NCBI GenBank assembly: GCA_964016885.1
Contig: OZ024740.1
Span: 90,148,001 to 90,212,000, forward strand
Direction: 5' to 3'
Source: Eledone cirrhosa
Taxonomy: Eukaryota
DNA length: 64,000 nucleotides
The notes under the pieces were generated by a model. That model was not told the origin of the DNA. It saw only the letters and a program-made list of their open reading frames with translations, and did not search any database. Shown here piece by piece: positions 27,291 to 40,508 of the stretch (position 1 is its first letter; each line of letters begins with the position of its first letter). Position numbers and translations under genes: made by a program.

Positions 27291-30200
27291 GATTTCTTTA
27301 TTAACCACAAGGGTTTACATAAAGTAGACATTAAGGACAGTACAGAACAATACAGGGCGGTACAAATGGGCATGTCTGCGTGTAGAAAAAAGAAACCGAG
27401 GATGTAATAATAGAAACATGAAACAATTCCTCAATAGGGGGGGAGACTTCCGAGGGACATTGGTGGAGAAAGCCCATTAAAAGCCACAGTGACCCTGACC
27501 ACCAGGGCAAGTTCCCTCTCCCAATGTTCCACCTTTAATTTATATACACATACTCAGAGTCGGCCCATTCACTCGGGCCATTCTTGCCTCTCTCACCCAT
27601 CTTTCAACAAAATGCTGGGAAGAGAGCACTTCCCTTTCTACCCTGATTTCCCTTTTCAAATGAAATTTGAAAAAGTTAATCAGGGCATCACCGAAGATGT
27701 AAGTGCTCGTCTTCAGCCCTTTCAAACGTGTCCACCATACTATCTCTTTCGCCATGGCCACCAGACAGATAAAAACTGCCCACCCTTCCCGGCTAAAGGA
27801 AGAGGGCGGGGCAATCCTCACGATGGCCTCAGCTGATAGCTGGATCCGTCCTACACGCGACAGCAGGTGTTCGACATAAACCCACAAGTCAGCAATGCTC
27901 GTACACTGGACGAGTGCGTGCAGGACGGTTTCGTCGACCTGCGCGCATCTCGGACATACCCGGCTGACGGCACCTCCATGCCTGTAGAGTTTATCCCGAA
28001 CTGGCAAAGATCCTCGGTAGCACTGCTAGGCCAGGGATTTCTGGAAGTTCTCTATAGGCCCCGGCCCGAAAGTTCTTCCTAAGAGATTGCCTAGTTGATT
28101 TTCTTCGACGCCTAGAGTTTCTCCAAGTACGTCATCGCTCTTTCCCTCCAATAATCCCCTATAGAACGCCAAGGTGGAGTTTCCACCGATCACATTGCCC
28201 GATTGGTCGAGGGCTGTGAGCGCCTGAAGACATTCCAGTCTCCAAGCGCTCCCTCTCGGTCTTCGCTTGACCCAGGACTGCAGCTCCGTCAAGGAGACGA
28301 GCTGGGGAAAAACGTGTCTATCAAACGGCGACCACACCTGATCACCGTCGAGGAAGAGGTGGAGATGTCGTAGCCTGAGCGCGTGTCTGCGCATCATCAG
28401 CCACGGCATGCCCAGCCCTCCACGTAGCGGGTGTTGACAGCAGATGGACCGCCTGACCATCGGAACGCGTCCCTTCCACAAAACGCGAAAGAGCAAACGC
28501 TCCAGCGCAGTCAGGCGGGGCTTAGGACAAGGTACGACGGTCAGGCGGTAGTAGATGAGGGAGGCGATATACGCGTTAGCCACCTCCGCCCGCCCTTTCA
28601 GGGATAGCTTCCTCTCCGAGAATTTCTGGGTGAGAGAAGCCACCCTGCTCGTCACCTCGTCCCAGTTTTTGTCCGTATGGAGATCCGGACCGAACCAAAC
28701 CCCGAACAATGTAACCGGTCCGTCCGTCTAGCGCCCGACGACGCTGTTGGACGGCATGGCCCTGCCTCTCCAGGTGCCGAGTTGCAGGCCCACTGACTAT
28801 TCCTGGTTGATCATTGCTCCTGTCACGGCTTCGTATTCTCTTAGTGTAGTGCCGATCGCCTCGATGTGTTTGGCGTTCGACACCACTACGCTGACATCGT
28901 CCGCATATGCTGACACGGATCTTCTTCATCCTAGTTCGCGCGGGACCCCCCTCAACGTCTCCAGTTTGTGCAGTAATGGCTCGAGAGTCAATACGTACAA
29001 GAGGGACGAGAGGGGACATCCTTGGTGTATCGAGCGCATAATGTTGAACGGTTCCAAATAGTGACCGTTCACTCTCACCACAGAGAAGATGTCGCTGTGC
29101 ATGATAGCGATCCAGCCTCTGAAGACGGGCCCAAAGCCAGCCGCCCTCAGGACTGCCGCTAGGTAACGATGGTTGACCCTATCGAAATTTTTCGACTGAT
29201 CTAAATTGATCAAGGACCCACCCGTGGCAGGTTCCCTAGCTTCCCCGTTACAATGTATCGCATGAGGTGGAGGTTGTCGTGGATGGATCTGTCAGGAATG
29301 GCGCATGTCTGCGCCTCTTCCACCAGACCACCAACGACAAGCACGAACCGCTTTGCTAGCACTTGGCCAAAATCTTGAACTCTGTGTTTAGCAGTGTTAT
29401 GGGCCTAAAAATTATCTATGTTATCCCCCTTGTTCGGATCCTTTTTCAGTAGCGCCACAGCTCCTCGGCTCACAGAGCTGGGAATTCTACTCTCTGTTGC
29501 CAGTTGCAGTAGACGTCCGCCAAGAGGCCTCCGAACAAATCTGGCATCTGTAGGTAACGTTCATAGGGCAGACCCTCCAAACCAGGCGATTTACCTCTTG
29601 TGCAGCTAGTCATTGCCTCGCGTACTTCAGCGGCTGTTATCGGCTTTTCGCAACACTCCTCCTCAGTGGCCGAGAGCCGCGGCAGTCCGTCGAGGTAGAC
29701 ACTAAAGTCCATCCCTCGATCCGGCCCGCCGCTGCTCCCGAACAACTGAGCGAAGTGTCGCTGAAAAGCTTCACACATTTGCCCGGGATCGAGTAGCATG
29801 CGCCCGTCGTGGTCCACCAAAGACCGGATCGTGGCTTTGTTTCCACGATGCGCCTCCGCCACTCGGGCGCATTGAACGGCTTTCGTCCCCTCTTGTCTGA
29901 GAGCACGCACCCTAGCTCTGACAACGCACCCTTCGTGCTTTGCATTGAAGAATTGGTCAAGGGCCAATTTCGCCGCAAGCACGTCGCTCGCGATGCCTCT
30001 GCTAAGCGCCTCGTCTAATTTTTTAACTAATTCCCCCTCTGCTCTATTTTTCTCAATTGCTAAAGCCTTACTAAACCTAATTGACTCTATTCTAATTGCT
30101 CTTTTCAGATCAAACCACCACTCTTTGTTGACGATGACTCCCGTCAACGCCCGCTTAACTAGTTCGCTAATCCGGTCTCTGTAGGCCTTGCGCGCTGGTA

Positions 30201-33174
30201 AGGACGCGTTTAGCTTCCAGTAGCCGGGTCCTCGTATATGAAGCCTATCTATGTCAAGTACACCGATCACGAATTTGTGGTCCGTGTAGCTGACTATCTT
30301 GAATTGTGGACAGCCTATGCTAGACATATCTATTTCTCTACAAAGTACTCTATCTAGATATTATCTGGATGACCCTATGAGATTTGTCCAAGTCCACATT
30401 GGCACATTCGAAAATCCAATCGGTACCTGTCAGACAGTTCAAAACGCCTGAGCAGGGTGGTGAGGCTCTTGCGCCCTCCTCCCATATCCGCTAATCCCAC
30501 ACAGTCCCAGCGTGCATCTAAGATCCCGTTCCAGTCGCCCACTAACACTAATGAGCGGTGGTTCCAAGAAAGGTCTTCAGACGCTGGAAGAAATCAGGCC
30601 GCCCTGCTCCTGTCGGGGCATAGACGGCCACTAGCCTGAAATCTTTCCCGTCTCCGCTGGTTACGTCTAGCACCACCAACTTACCGTCTGGGTCAAGGAA
30701 GATGGCTCGTATGGCGAGATCCAAACCTCTCCGAAAAAGCACAGCAACTTCTCCCCCCGATCCAGGACGGCTGGTAGATGCGTACACATCGTAGCCGCCG
30801 AAGATCAGTGCGAAGGCCCGTGCTTCGGAGATTCTGTTCTCGCTGATGGCCACTACATCTATTTTTAGTGACCTGAGGTCGTTGAGCAGGTGGCCCTGCT
30901 TCCATGACGACCCCAAGCCACGCGCATTTATGCAGCCTATTCTAAGTGAGGTCATGTTGAAATGGAGTGGAAAAGATGGGAAAGACCACTTACCTTACTT
31001 CTCGTAGAGGAAGGATTGTTTGTCCATCCTTTTCACTGCTTGTGGCCTCCTCCGGAATGATGTCCTTATAAATCCTCCTGGAGAGTGTTTGTCGGAAGTC
31101 TCCGATGTCTTTGGGGAATTTTTGTTTCAGAGTCGTGTACGTTTTCTGTGTGATGCGAGTGATTTGTATGTGTGGAGGTGCATGTGAACTTTTGGGTTGT
31201 TGTGTAGTGATTTTCTGTGATGCTGGTGTTGTGTTGCATGTAATGTAATAATTGGTTGTTGCTCAAATTTAATGATGTGTAGTGTGTATCGTTTTGGTTG
31301 TTTTGTTTTGTTTGCGTTTGTTGTGGGTTTGTTTCTGTTTCGCTTTTTGGTGACTTTTGTGGTGTTGGTGATGGTGGTTTTGGGGTTAATGATGGTGATG
31401 GTGTTGGTGTTTGTGGTGATGGGGTTGGTGATGCTGGTGTGGATGGTGTCATATCAGTCCTAACTTTTTTGTTTAATATTTTATTTGTTTCCCTCTGTAT
31501 TTTATTTTTGGAGGGGGAGGGAAGAGAATTTTTTCTTTTTTGGTTTCTTTTTTTCTTTTTTCCTGATACCGTTTCCCACTCCTCGTCGTCACAATCTGTC
31601 TCGAGTTGTGATAAGCCGGAAAGTGGAAAATCCTCCACCGGCATTGGTTTTGGTTGTGGCGTGGGGGATGATGTAGGAGCTGGTGCTAATTCTGGCGCGT
31701 TGGGTGGTGTTGGTGTTGGTTTTACTACTGTTGCTGGGGTTGTTGCTGTTACAGTTGCTGTTGTTGTTGGTTTTACAATTGTTGCTGCCAGCTCTGCTGC
31801 TGGTGGTTTTGATGGTTGAGTCACTGGGGTTTGTAGGAGAGGTGGCCCCAACCTTTTAGCCTAAGGGCAAAAAGCCCTTAGGTGGGTTCCTTCACCACAA
31901 ACGACACACCTCGGCCTTCTGCCCTCGACAATTACGGTGAGGTGGCTGCCGTCAGTGAGGTCTATTACCTCTGGGATCTCCTCAATGCTTTTTGGTCCGC
32001 TTGGATCAGGACCTCCATCCCAGATCCGGACCAGTTCTCCTGCTTTTCTTTCGCTATTTCGATTATCTTGGTGTTGGCTTGGATGCCGGTGAGGACGGCA
32101 GCTATTAGCCAGGGAATTTCGATGGCCGGTGGAACGTGGGTGACCCTGATCTTTACGAGTCACTGGCCACAATAGCTTGGGATGAGTGTGAAGTCGTCAC
32201 TTCTTAATGGGACCATGGAGTGTTCTCTAGCCTCCTGTGGTATTTCAAAGAACACGTCCAAGGTTCCATATTCTGCCCACGTCTGGTGTGGGTTTTCTTT
32301 TGCCCACGCATGTCCCAAAGATTTTTGGATTTGGGACTCGGATGCCCTGGCCACTCGACGCGATTTTATATTAATTGTCCGATAAGACACAGTGCATAGG
32401 CGCCGCTGCTCCATTTTATTAGGGTGGAGGCTGACCCTGTACCCATCTTTCTTTACCATTTTTTTGGCTTCTTCTAATTCCTCCTGAGTTACCTGAAATG
32501 CTTCGCACTGTTTTGGTACTCTGGCAAAACTCAGGGTGGTTTTCTTAATGTCATTGTTGCTGTTGTTGTTATCGTTGTTTTTGTTATTATTAATTTTAGT
32601 TTCAGTTGTGGTAGTGGTGGCGTCAGTGGTGTTCGGTGTGGAAGAGTTCATTTTGGTTGAATTCATTTCGATATCACGAGTTAATTTATTTTTTTCTTTT
32701 GTTTCTGTTGTCACGGTGGTGATGGGGGTGGGGGTTGTCGCGGTGGTGGCGGTGTGGGTGTTGGGGGGGGTCGCGGTAGTGGTGGCGGCTTTAACACCTG
32801 CAGTCATTGGTAATGGCGGGAAATGAATGTCTGCCTGAGACAAATTTAAAATATTGCTACTGCTTATATTTTTAGTGTTGGCAAACGTAGTACTATTTAC
32901 AATGGTTGTGTTGGTGTGAGGTGTTAGTTTGTGAGGAAGGAGTGACTCTGAGTCATCCATGATTTTTCAAAGACAAATTTTTGTTTGATAATTATAAAAG
33001 TTTAAATTTTGGGCTCAAGGCCCTAATCTTTTTGGGTGTCCTTTTCAGATAACAATGTATGTGCACTTATATACAGTTAACAATACAAATTTTCCATGAA
33101 TGGCAATTTTAAACAACTGAAAATAGCAAACCTTTGCGGAGCAGACGATGATACGATTTACTACGTAGGGCGCC
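27291..33174 (-). mobile_element. Tx1-like LINE T4 (type C 5'UTR/ORF1, type A-like ORF2), full length, frameshifted
   Basis: ORF1 remnants 30990-32960 with a CVVCGEGTHLRAFC knuckle. ORF2 remnants 27540-30955 (APE, RT QGCPLS, CPRC...H..C). (AAT)n on both sides. Confidence 0.93.
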
Positions 33175-33189
33175 AATAATATTAATAAT

Positions 33190-36100
33190 GATTTCTTTAT
33201 TGGCCACAAGGGATGACATCAAGAAAAACATTTCAGACGGCACAGGACGGTACGATGTGGGTTTTGTGCGTGTAAATATTTTTTATTATTTATATAAGAA
33301 CAGAAAAAAAAAAGGACATAAAACATATATATATATAAACAATATAAAATTAAAATTGAAACAATGAAAAATTCCCCAGTAGGGGGAAACCTCCGAGGGT
33401 TACTCGTGGCGAAAACCACACAAAAGACCACGGCCACACTGACCACCAGGGCAGGCGCCCTCTCTCAATTGTTCAATCTCTCAAACTACAGACGTATATT
33501 CAGAGCGGTCCCGTTCACTCGGACCATTCTCGCTACATTCACCCACCTTTCAACAAACTTGCTAGAAAGCAGCACTTGCCTCTTCACCCTGTTTTTCCTC
33601 TTCAAGTGAAACTTGAAAAAGTTAATTAGGGATTCACCGAAGAGGAAAGTGATTGTCTTTAACCCTTTTAACCTTGTCCACCACACAATCTCTTTCGCCA
33701 TGGCCACCAGGTAGATGAAAACCGCCTGCTCTTCCTCCTCGAAGGAAGACGGCGAGACCATCTGCACAATGGACGACAGTGGACAACCGGATCAGTCCAA
33801 CACGTGACAGCAACTGTTCGATATAGCTCCACATGTCAGCAATGCTCGGGCACTGAACGAGTGCGTGCACAACGGTTTCGTCGCTCTGCACGCATCTCGG
33901 ACAGGCTCGGCTGACGGCACTTCCGTGCCTGTAGAGCATATCTCGAACCGGCAGCGCTCCCCGGTAGCACTGCCAGGCCAGGGATTTTGGGAAGTTATCC
34001 ATAGGCCCCGGGTTCTCCGGAAGAGAGAAAACAGCTGATCTTCTTCGACGCCTCAGGCTCTCACCGAGAATGTCGTCGATCTTCCCCCGCACTAGTGCTC
34101 TATAGAACGCCTAGGGGGATGTTCCACTGATACTGGTGCCCAACTGGGAGAGGGCAATGAGTGCCTGGAGACATTCCAGTTTCCAAGCGTTATCCCTCGG
34201 TCTTTTTCTGACCCAGGACTGCAGCTCCGTCAAGGAGATGAGCTGTGGGAAAACGCGCCTGGCGAAAGGCGACCACAGCCGTTCACCATCAAGGAAGCAC
34301 CAGAGATGTCACAGCCTCGGCGCATGTTTGCGCATCATCAGCCATGGCGTACCCAGTCTTCCACGCAACGGGTGTTGACAGCAGATGGATCGTCTCAACA
34401 TGGGAGCGCGTCCCTTCCACAAAAAGCGGAAGAGGAGGCGCTCCATTTTGGTGAGAGTTGGGCTGGAGCAACGGACGACGTTGAGGTTGTAGCAGATGAC
34501 GGATGCGATGTACGCATTCGCCACTTCCGCACGGCCTTTCAGGGACAGCTTCCTCTCAGGGCCATTTCTGGGTGAGGGGGGGCCACCCTGCTCGTCACCT
34601 CGTTCCAGCTTTTCTCCATCTGGACGTCTGGTCCGAACCAGACCCCAAGCAATTTAACCGGTCCGTCCGTCCAATGCCCCACGACGCTGTCGGACGGCAT
34701 GGACTTGTTTCTCCAGGTGCCGAGCTGCAAGCCCACCGACTAATCCTGGTTTATCTTTGCTCCTGTCACCGCCTCGTATTCCTTGAGAGCGGTGCCGAGC
34801 ATCTGGACGTGTCTGGTGCTCGACACGACCACGTTGCCATCGTCAGCGTAAGCCGACTCGGATTCCCCGCATCATAGTTCGCGTGGGATGCACCTAATCG
34901 CCCCCAGTTTGTGCAGTAACGGCTCGAGAGCCAATACGTACAAGAGGGACGAGAGGGACAACCTTGGCGAAGTGAGCGCATGATGATGAACGGCTGCGAC
35001 AGGTGACCGTTCACCCTCACAACTGAGCAGATGTCGCTGTACATTGATGCGATCCAACCCCTGAAAACGGGCCCGAAACCGGCTGCCTCGAGGACCGCCG
35101 CCAGGTACCGATGGTCGACCCTATCGAATGTTTTGGATTGATCCAAGTTGATCAGGGCCCCACCCTTTCCAGGTTCCTTAACCACCCTCTCTATGATGTA
35201 TTGCATGAGGTGGAGGTTTTCGTGTATGGATCTGTCCGGAAGAGCGCATGTCTGCGCCTCTCCCACCAGACCATTGACGACAAGCGCCAACCTCGTTGCT
35301 AACACCTTGGTCAAAATCTTGAACTCTGCGTTTAGTAAGGTTATGGGCCTGAAATTATCGATAACATCCCCCTTCTTCGGGTCTTTTCTCAGCAGTACCA
35401 CTGCTCCCCGGCTCACAACACTGGGAATGCTCCCGTTCTGCTGCCAGCTGCTGTAGACGTCTGCCAAGAGGTCACCTTACAAGTCTGGCATAAATGCATA
35501 AAGCTCGTAGGGCAGACCATCTAAACCTGGTGATTTATCCCTTGTGCAGTTAGCCATCGCTTCCCGTATTTCAGCGGCTGTTATTGGCTTTTCACAACAC
35601 TGTGCTGGGGTCGTCGAGAGCCGAGGCAGTCCGTCGAGGTATGCACTGAAGTCCATGCCCCGATCCGGGCCGCCGCCACTCCCGAACAGTTAAGCAAAGA
35701 GCTGCTGTAAAGCTTCGCACATCCGCTCGGGTTCGAGCTTCACACACCCTTTTTGGTCAGACAAAGACAGAATTGTGGCGTTGTTGCCACGTCGCCCCTC
35801 TGCTACCCGGGCCCATTGCACGGCGTTTGTCACCACGTGTTTCAGAGCACGCGCTCTAGCTCTGACAACGCAGGCTTCGTGTTTTGCATTGAAGAATTGG
35901 TCGAGTGCCAATCTCGCCGCAAGAACGTAGGTTGCGATGCCTGTCCTAAACGCCTCTTCTAGCTTTCTGACTAGCTCTCCCTCTACTCTATTTTCCTCTA
36001 TCACTACTCCTTTGCTAAACCTAATCGACCCTAGTTTACTTGCCCTTTTCAGGGCAAACCACCACCTGTTGTTGACGTCCGCTCCCGTCAACGCCCGCTT

Positions 36101-38353
36101 AACTAATACGCTAATCAGGTCTCTGTAGGCTTTGCGCGCCGGGAAAGACGCATTCAGCTTCCAGTAACCAGGCCCTTGTCTATGAAGTCTGTCTATGTCG
36201 ATCTCACAGATCACAAATTTGTGGTCTGTGTAGTCGAATATTTTAAATTGTGGAAAACTTATACTAGCCTTATCTAGTTCTCAGCAGAATACCCTATCGG
36301 GATACGATCTGGATGACCCGATGCAGTTTGTCTATGTTCACATGGGCACATTCGGGTGATCCAGTCAATACCTGTCAGACAGTACAAAACGTCTGAGCAG
36401 GTTGGTGAGGCTCTTGCACCCTCCTCCCCTATCCACTAGCCCCACACGATCCCAGCGTGCATCGAAGATACCGTTCCAGTCGCCCACTAACACTAAAGAG
36501 CGGGACGTTCCAACAAAGGTCTCTAGACGTCTGAAGAAATATGGCAGTCCTGCCCCTGTTGGGGCGTAGATGGCTACTAGCCTGAAAGCATTGGCTTCGC
36601 TGTCGGTCACGTCCAGCACCACCGACTTACCTTCTGGGTCCAGGAAGATGGCCCGTATGGCGAGATCCAAGCGTCTCCGAGAAAGGACGGCACCCCCCGA
36701 TCCTGGACGGCTGGGCGATGCGTATACATCGTAGCCGCCGAAAATCGGTGCGAAGGCCCGTTTTTCGGAGATTCTGGTTTTACTGATGGCCACCACATCT
36801 ATGTTTAGTGAACTGAGGTCATTGAGCAGGTGACCCTGCTTCCAAGATGACCCTAGGCCACGTGCATCTATACTGCCTATTCTGAGTACAGCCATGTTGG
36901 ATGAGAAACGGGGCAAGTGAGAAAGGGTCACTTACCTTGTTCGTGTTGTGAAGGGACAGTAGAACCGTCCATTTCGCTGGTCATGGGTGATTCCAAGAGG
37001 ATGTCAGTGTATATCCTCTTGGTAACAGCACCTCTGAAGTCTCCAACTGCGTTGGGGAATTTTTATTTAAAAGGTTTGTACTGTTCTATTGAGATTTCGA
37101 TGATGTTTGTGTTTGTCAGGAGAGTTCTTGGTGTTGGTGGGGTGTAGTGTTTTTTTTCTGTGATGTCTGTGTGCTGCTTTATATATTGTATGAGTTCTTT
37201 GTTTGCCATGTTCATGGCTGTGTATTTTATGGGGAGGGGTGATTTTGTTGTAGTTTTCTTTTGTTGCTGTTTGGTGTGTGTGTCTTGTTGTGTTTGCGTG
37301 TTGGTGTTTGTGGTGGTGATGGTGGTGGTGTTGTGGCAAATGTCCTTGCTGCCTTTACCCCTCTTGTATGCCTTCGCTTTTGGAGGGTGAATCTAAGGGG
37401 ATTTTTGTTTTTTGTTTTTTGTGGCAGACCGTTTGCCACTTCACTCCCGCCTCAAACTACATTATCGGATTCTGTGGCGTCTGGGAGGGGTATGTGCTCC
37501 ACGGCTGTTGGTGGTGGTTTTGGGCCCTCTTTGGCAATGTTGTTGCTGGTGTAGTTACTTCAAATGTAGCTATGGGTGTGGCCGCTACTGATGATGCTGC
37601 TTTAGTTATCCATGGCCTTGGTACGGGTGCTACGGACGCTGCCCTCCTACTCACCGTGGAAGGGGCTTCTTCGTTTGTTGCTTCTCCTGCTCTTGGCAGC
37701 AGCGGACCAGGTATTGAAACGAGAGGTGCCCTCTTCGCTGTCTTCTGCGGGAAAAAAGCCCTGAGGTGACCCTTCGAACCACAGAGATAACATTTTGGCC
37801 GTCTTCCTTCTGCACTTATAGGGAGTTGGAGTCCTTCCTCGATGTCTATGATATCGGGGATAGCTTCGATACAATCCTGCTCAGTTTGTATAAGCATTTG
37901 CATGCCTATACCTGATCAGTTCTCTCTCCCTATTTTTTCTACTTGCATCATGGTCCCATGTTCTCAATTCCAGCAAGGATAGACGCGGTCAGCCAAGGTA
38001 TGGGCACGTCGGGTGGGACCTGGGTCACTTTGACCGTCACGATTTTCTTCCCGCAGTAGGAGGGCACCAAGACTATCTAATCACTCTTCAGGGTTTCTAA
38101 GGAGTGAGACTTTGCATCCTGGGGGGTGGCAAAAAGTACGTCTACTGTGGCGTACTCTTTGCCTCGGGTGATGCGGGTTTTGCGCGCCCAGACGCACCCC
38201 AAGGCCGTACTATTTACTAGTGAACCCCTGTATTAGGTGGGTCTCTTCTTCTAGACTTTTATCAAATTTAAAACTTGAATAAAGGTTTAGAACGGTTGAA
38301 AAAGAGGTAAAACGTTGAAAAAAACTGGAGGCGATATGAAGCGTGGTTTCACC
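33190..38353 (-). mobile_element. Tx1-like LINE T5 (type B), decayed, with a deletion from the 5'UTR into ORF1 at ~38208
   Basis: APE and RT fragments 33486-36895, ORF1 knuckle CYLCGSKGHLRAF, 5' end homologous to T2 and T3. (AAT)n on both sides. Confidence 0.92.
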
Positions 38354-38390
38354 AACAATAATAATAATAATAATAATAAAAATAATAATA

Positions 38391-40196
38391 TACAAAAATG
38401 CATTTGACATGGTGCCTCATTATTGGATCACCAAAAGCCTAGAGATCTTCAAGGTGGCAGATAACATCAGACAGTTGTTGGGCAAAAGTATGAAGTCCTA
38501 TAAAACAGAGTTAACATCGGGCGGAGAATCCTTGGGAAGCGTGAGGATCAAGAGAGGTAACTTTCAGGGAGATAGTTTGTCCCCTCTGATTTTTGACCTT
38601 GCCCAAGATTACCCTGACCATTATACTGCGAAAAGTGAGAGCAGGATACAAGTTGGGAAAGGGAGAGCTTACCATCAATCACCAGCTCTTCATGGACGAT
38701 CTTAAGCTCTTCGGGACGAGGAAGAAGATGTGCTTGTTGACACTCTCCGTATTTTCAGCAATGATATATGTATGCAATTTGGTATTAGTAAGTGTGGAGT
38801 CCATGTGATGAAGTGGAGTAAATTGAGCAGAAGCAACAGAATCCAGGTACCCACAGGTGAGATGATAAATAAAATTGATACTGAAGAAGTATACAAATAT
38901 TTAGGTGTTCTGGAGGCTGATGACATCAATAACAAAATAATTAAGGAATTGATAAGATCTGAATACATTCGGAGAGTAAGGAGCGTACTAAAGTCCAATC
39001 TGAAGAGTAGGAATGCTATAAGTGCAGTAAATTCCCGAGCTGTGTATATTATTAGGTACAGTGTGGGAATTCTGAGATGGAATGTTGCTGAACAAAAAGA
39101 AATGGATAGGAAGACTAGGAAACTATTGACTATCTACAATATGTTCCACAAGAGGAGTGATGTCGATAGACTATACTTAAGGAGATCTGAAGGTGGAAGA
39201 GGTCTTATCAGAATAGAGGACTGTTTTCAGATGGAGAAAAACAACCTACACAAATACGTGACTGATAGTAAGGAGCCAATGCTCAGAATTGAACTGAAGG
39301 AGAGGACAATAGGCCAGGGGATGTCCAAGGAGGAAATAATAACAAGGAGAAAGAGCAGCCTTCAAGTAATATCCCTTCATAGTACCTTCTTTGAGAAAAC
39401 TGAATTCAGAGATCCACAGACATGTAACTGGTTGAAAAAAAAGAAAACCTTAAAAAGGCTACAGAATGAATGCTAATGGCTGCGCAAGGGCACGCCCTCA
39501 AAACGAAGTGGTTGAAACACTATATTTACAAGGCGGAGGCTAGCCTACTGTACAGGATCTGTGGAGAGAGAGAGGAGACTGTGGCTCACATTGTATCCGA
39601 GTGTAAACACCTAACCCAGACTCACTATAAAGGCTGGAGACATGATGTGATGGGCAGGGTGATCCACTGGCACCTATGCAAAGTAAACAATTTACCAGAT
39701 TCTGAGAAGTGGTATGAGTATAAGCCAGATTCGGTGATAGAAAACGATCAGGTGAAGGTGCTGTGGTATTTTACGATACAGACGGACAAGAAACTGGAAT
39801 ACAATAGACCTGACCTGGTGGTTTTGGACAAAGAAAAAAGATCGTGTCTGATTGTGGATGTGGCCTGCCCATTCGACACGAGAGTGCAAGAGAAGGAGAG
39901 GGAGAAAATTAACCGATACCAGGACTTAAAGTGGGAGGTAAAAAGGATTTGGAACTGCATTGAAATCAAAGTGGTCCCGATTGTCATAGGCGCACTAGGT
40001 ACTATCTCAAAAAGATTCAAGGGATTTTTAAAGAAAATTGGCCCCGCCCCGCTTTTTGAAACACTTCAAAAGGCATGCTTGCTGGGAACAGCAAGAGCCC
40101 TCCGTAACGTCCTGAAATCTGAGGCTGCAGGTATTGGCTTGATATTCATTTCAACAAACTTGCCAGTTAACTAACATCAATGACTGAGACTCAAAG
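38391..40196 (+). mobile_element. Dong/R4-like RLE retrotransposon D1, 5'-truncated within RT
   Basis: YKNAFDMVPH, FQGDSLSPL, FMDDL, RLYLRRSEGGRGL, RICG..ETVAHIVSEC, NRPD..IVDVACP..EKINRY.DL. Followed by (AAT)n at 40197-40247. Confidence 0.92.
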
Positions 40197-40199
40197 AAC

Positions 40200-40249
<50 letters not shown>

Positions 40250-40508
40250 TTTCTTTATTAACCACAAGGGTTTACATAAAGTAGACATTAAGGACAGTGC
40301 TGGACAATGCAGGACGGTACAAATGGGCATTTCTGCGTGTAAAAAACAAAAACAGAGGATGTAACAAAAATAACAATGAAAATAACAATGAAAAATTCCC
40401 CAATAGGGGGGAGACTTCAGAGGGACATTTGTGGAGAAAGCCCAGTAAAAAGCCACAATGCCCCTGACCACCAAGGCAAGTGCCCTCTCCCAGTTTTCCA
40501 CCTTTAAT

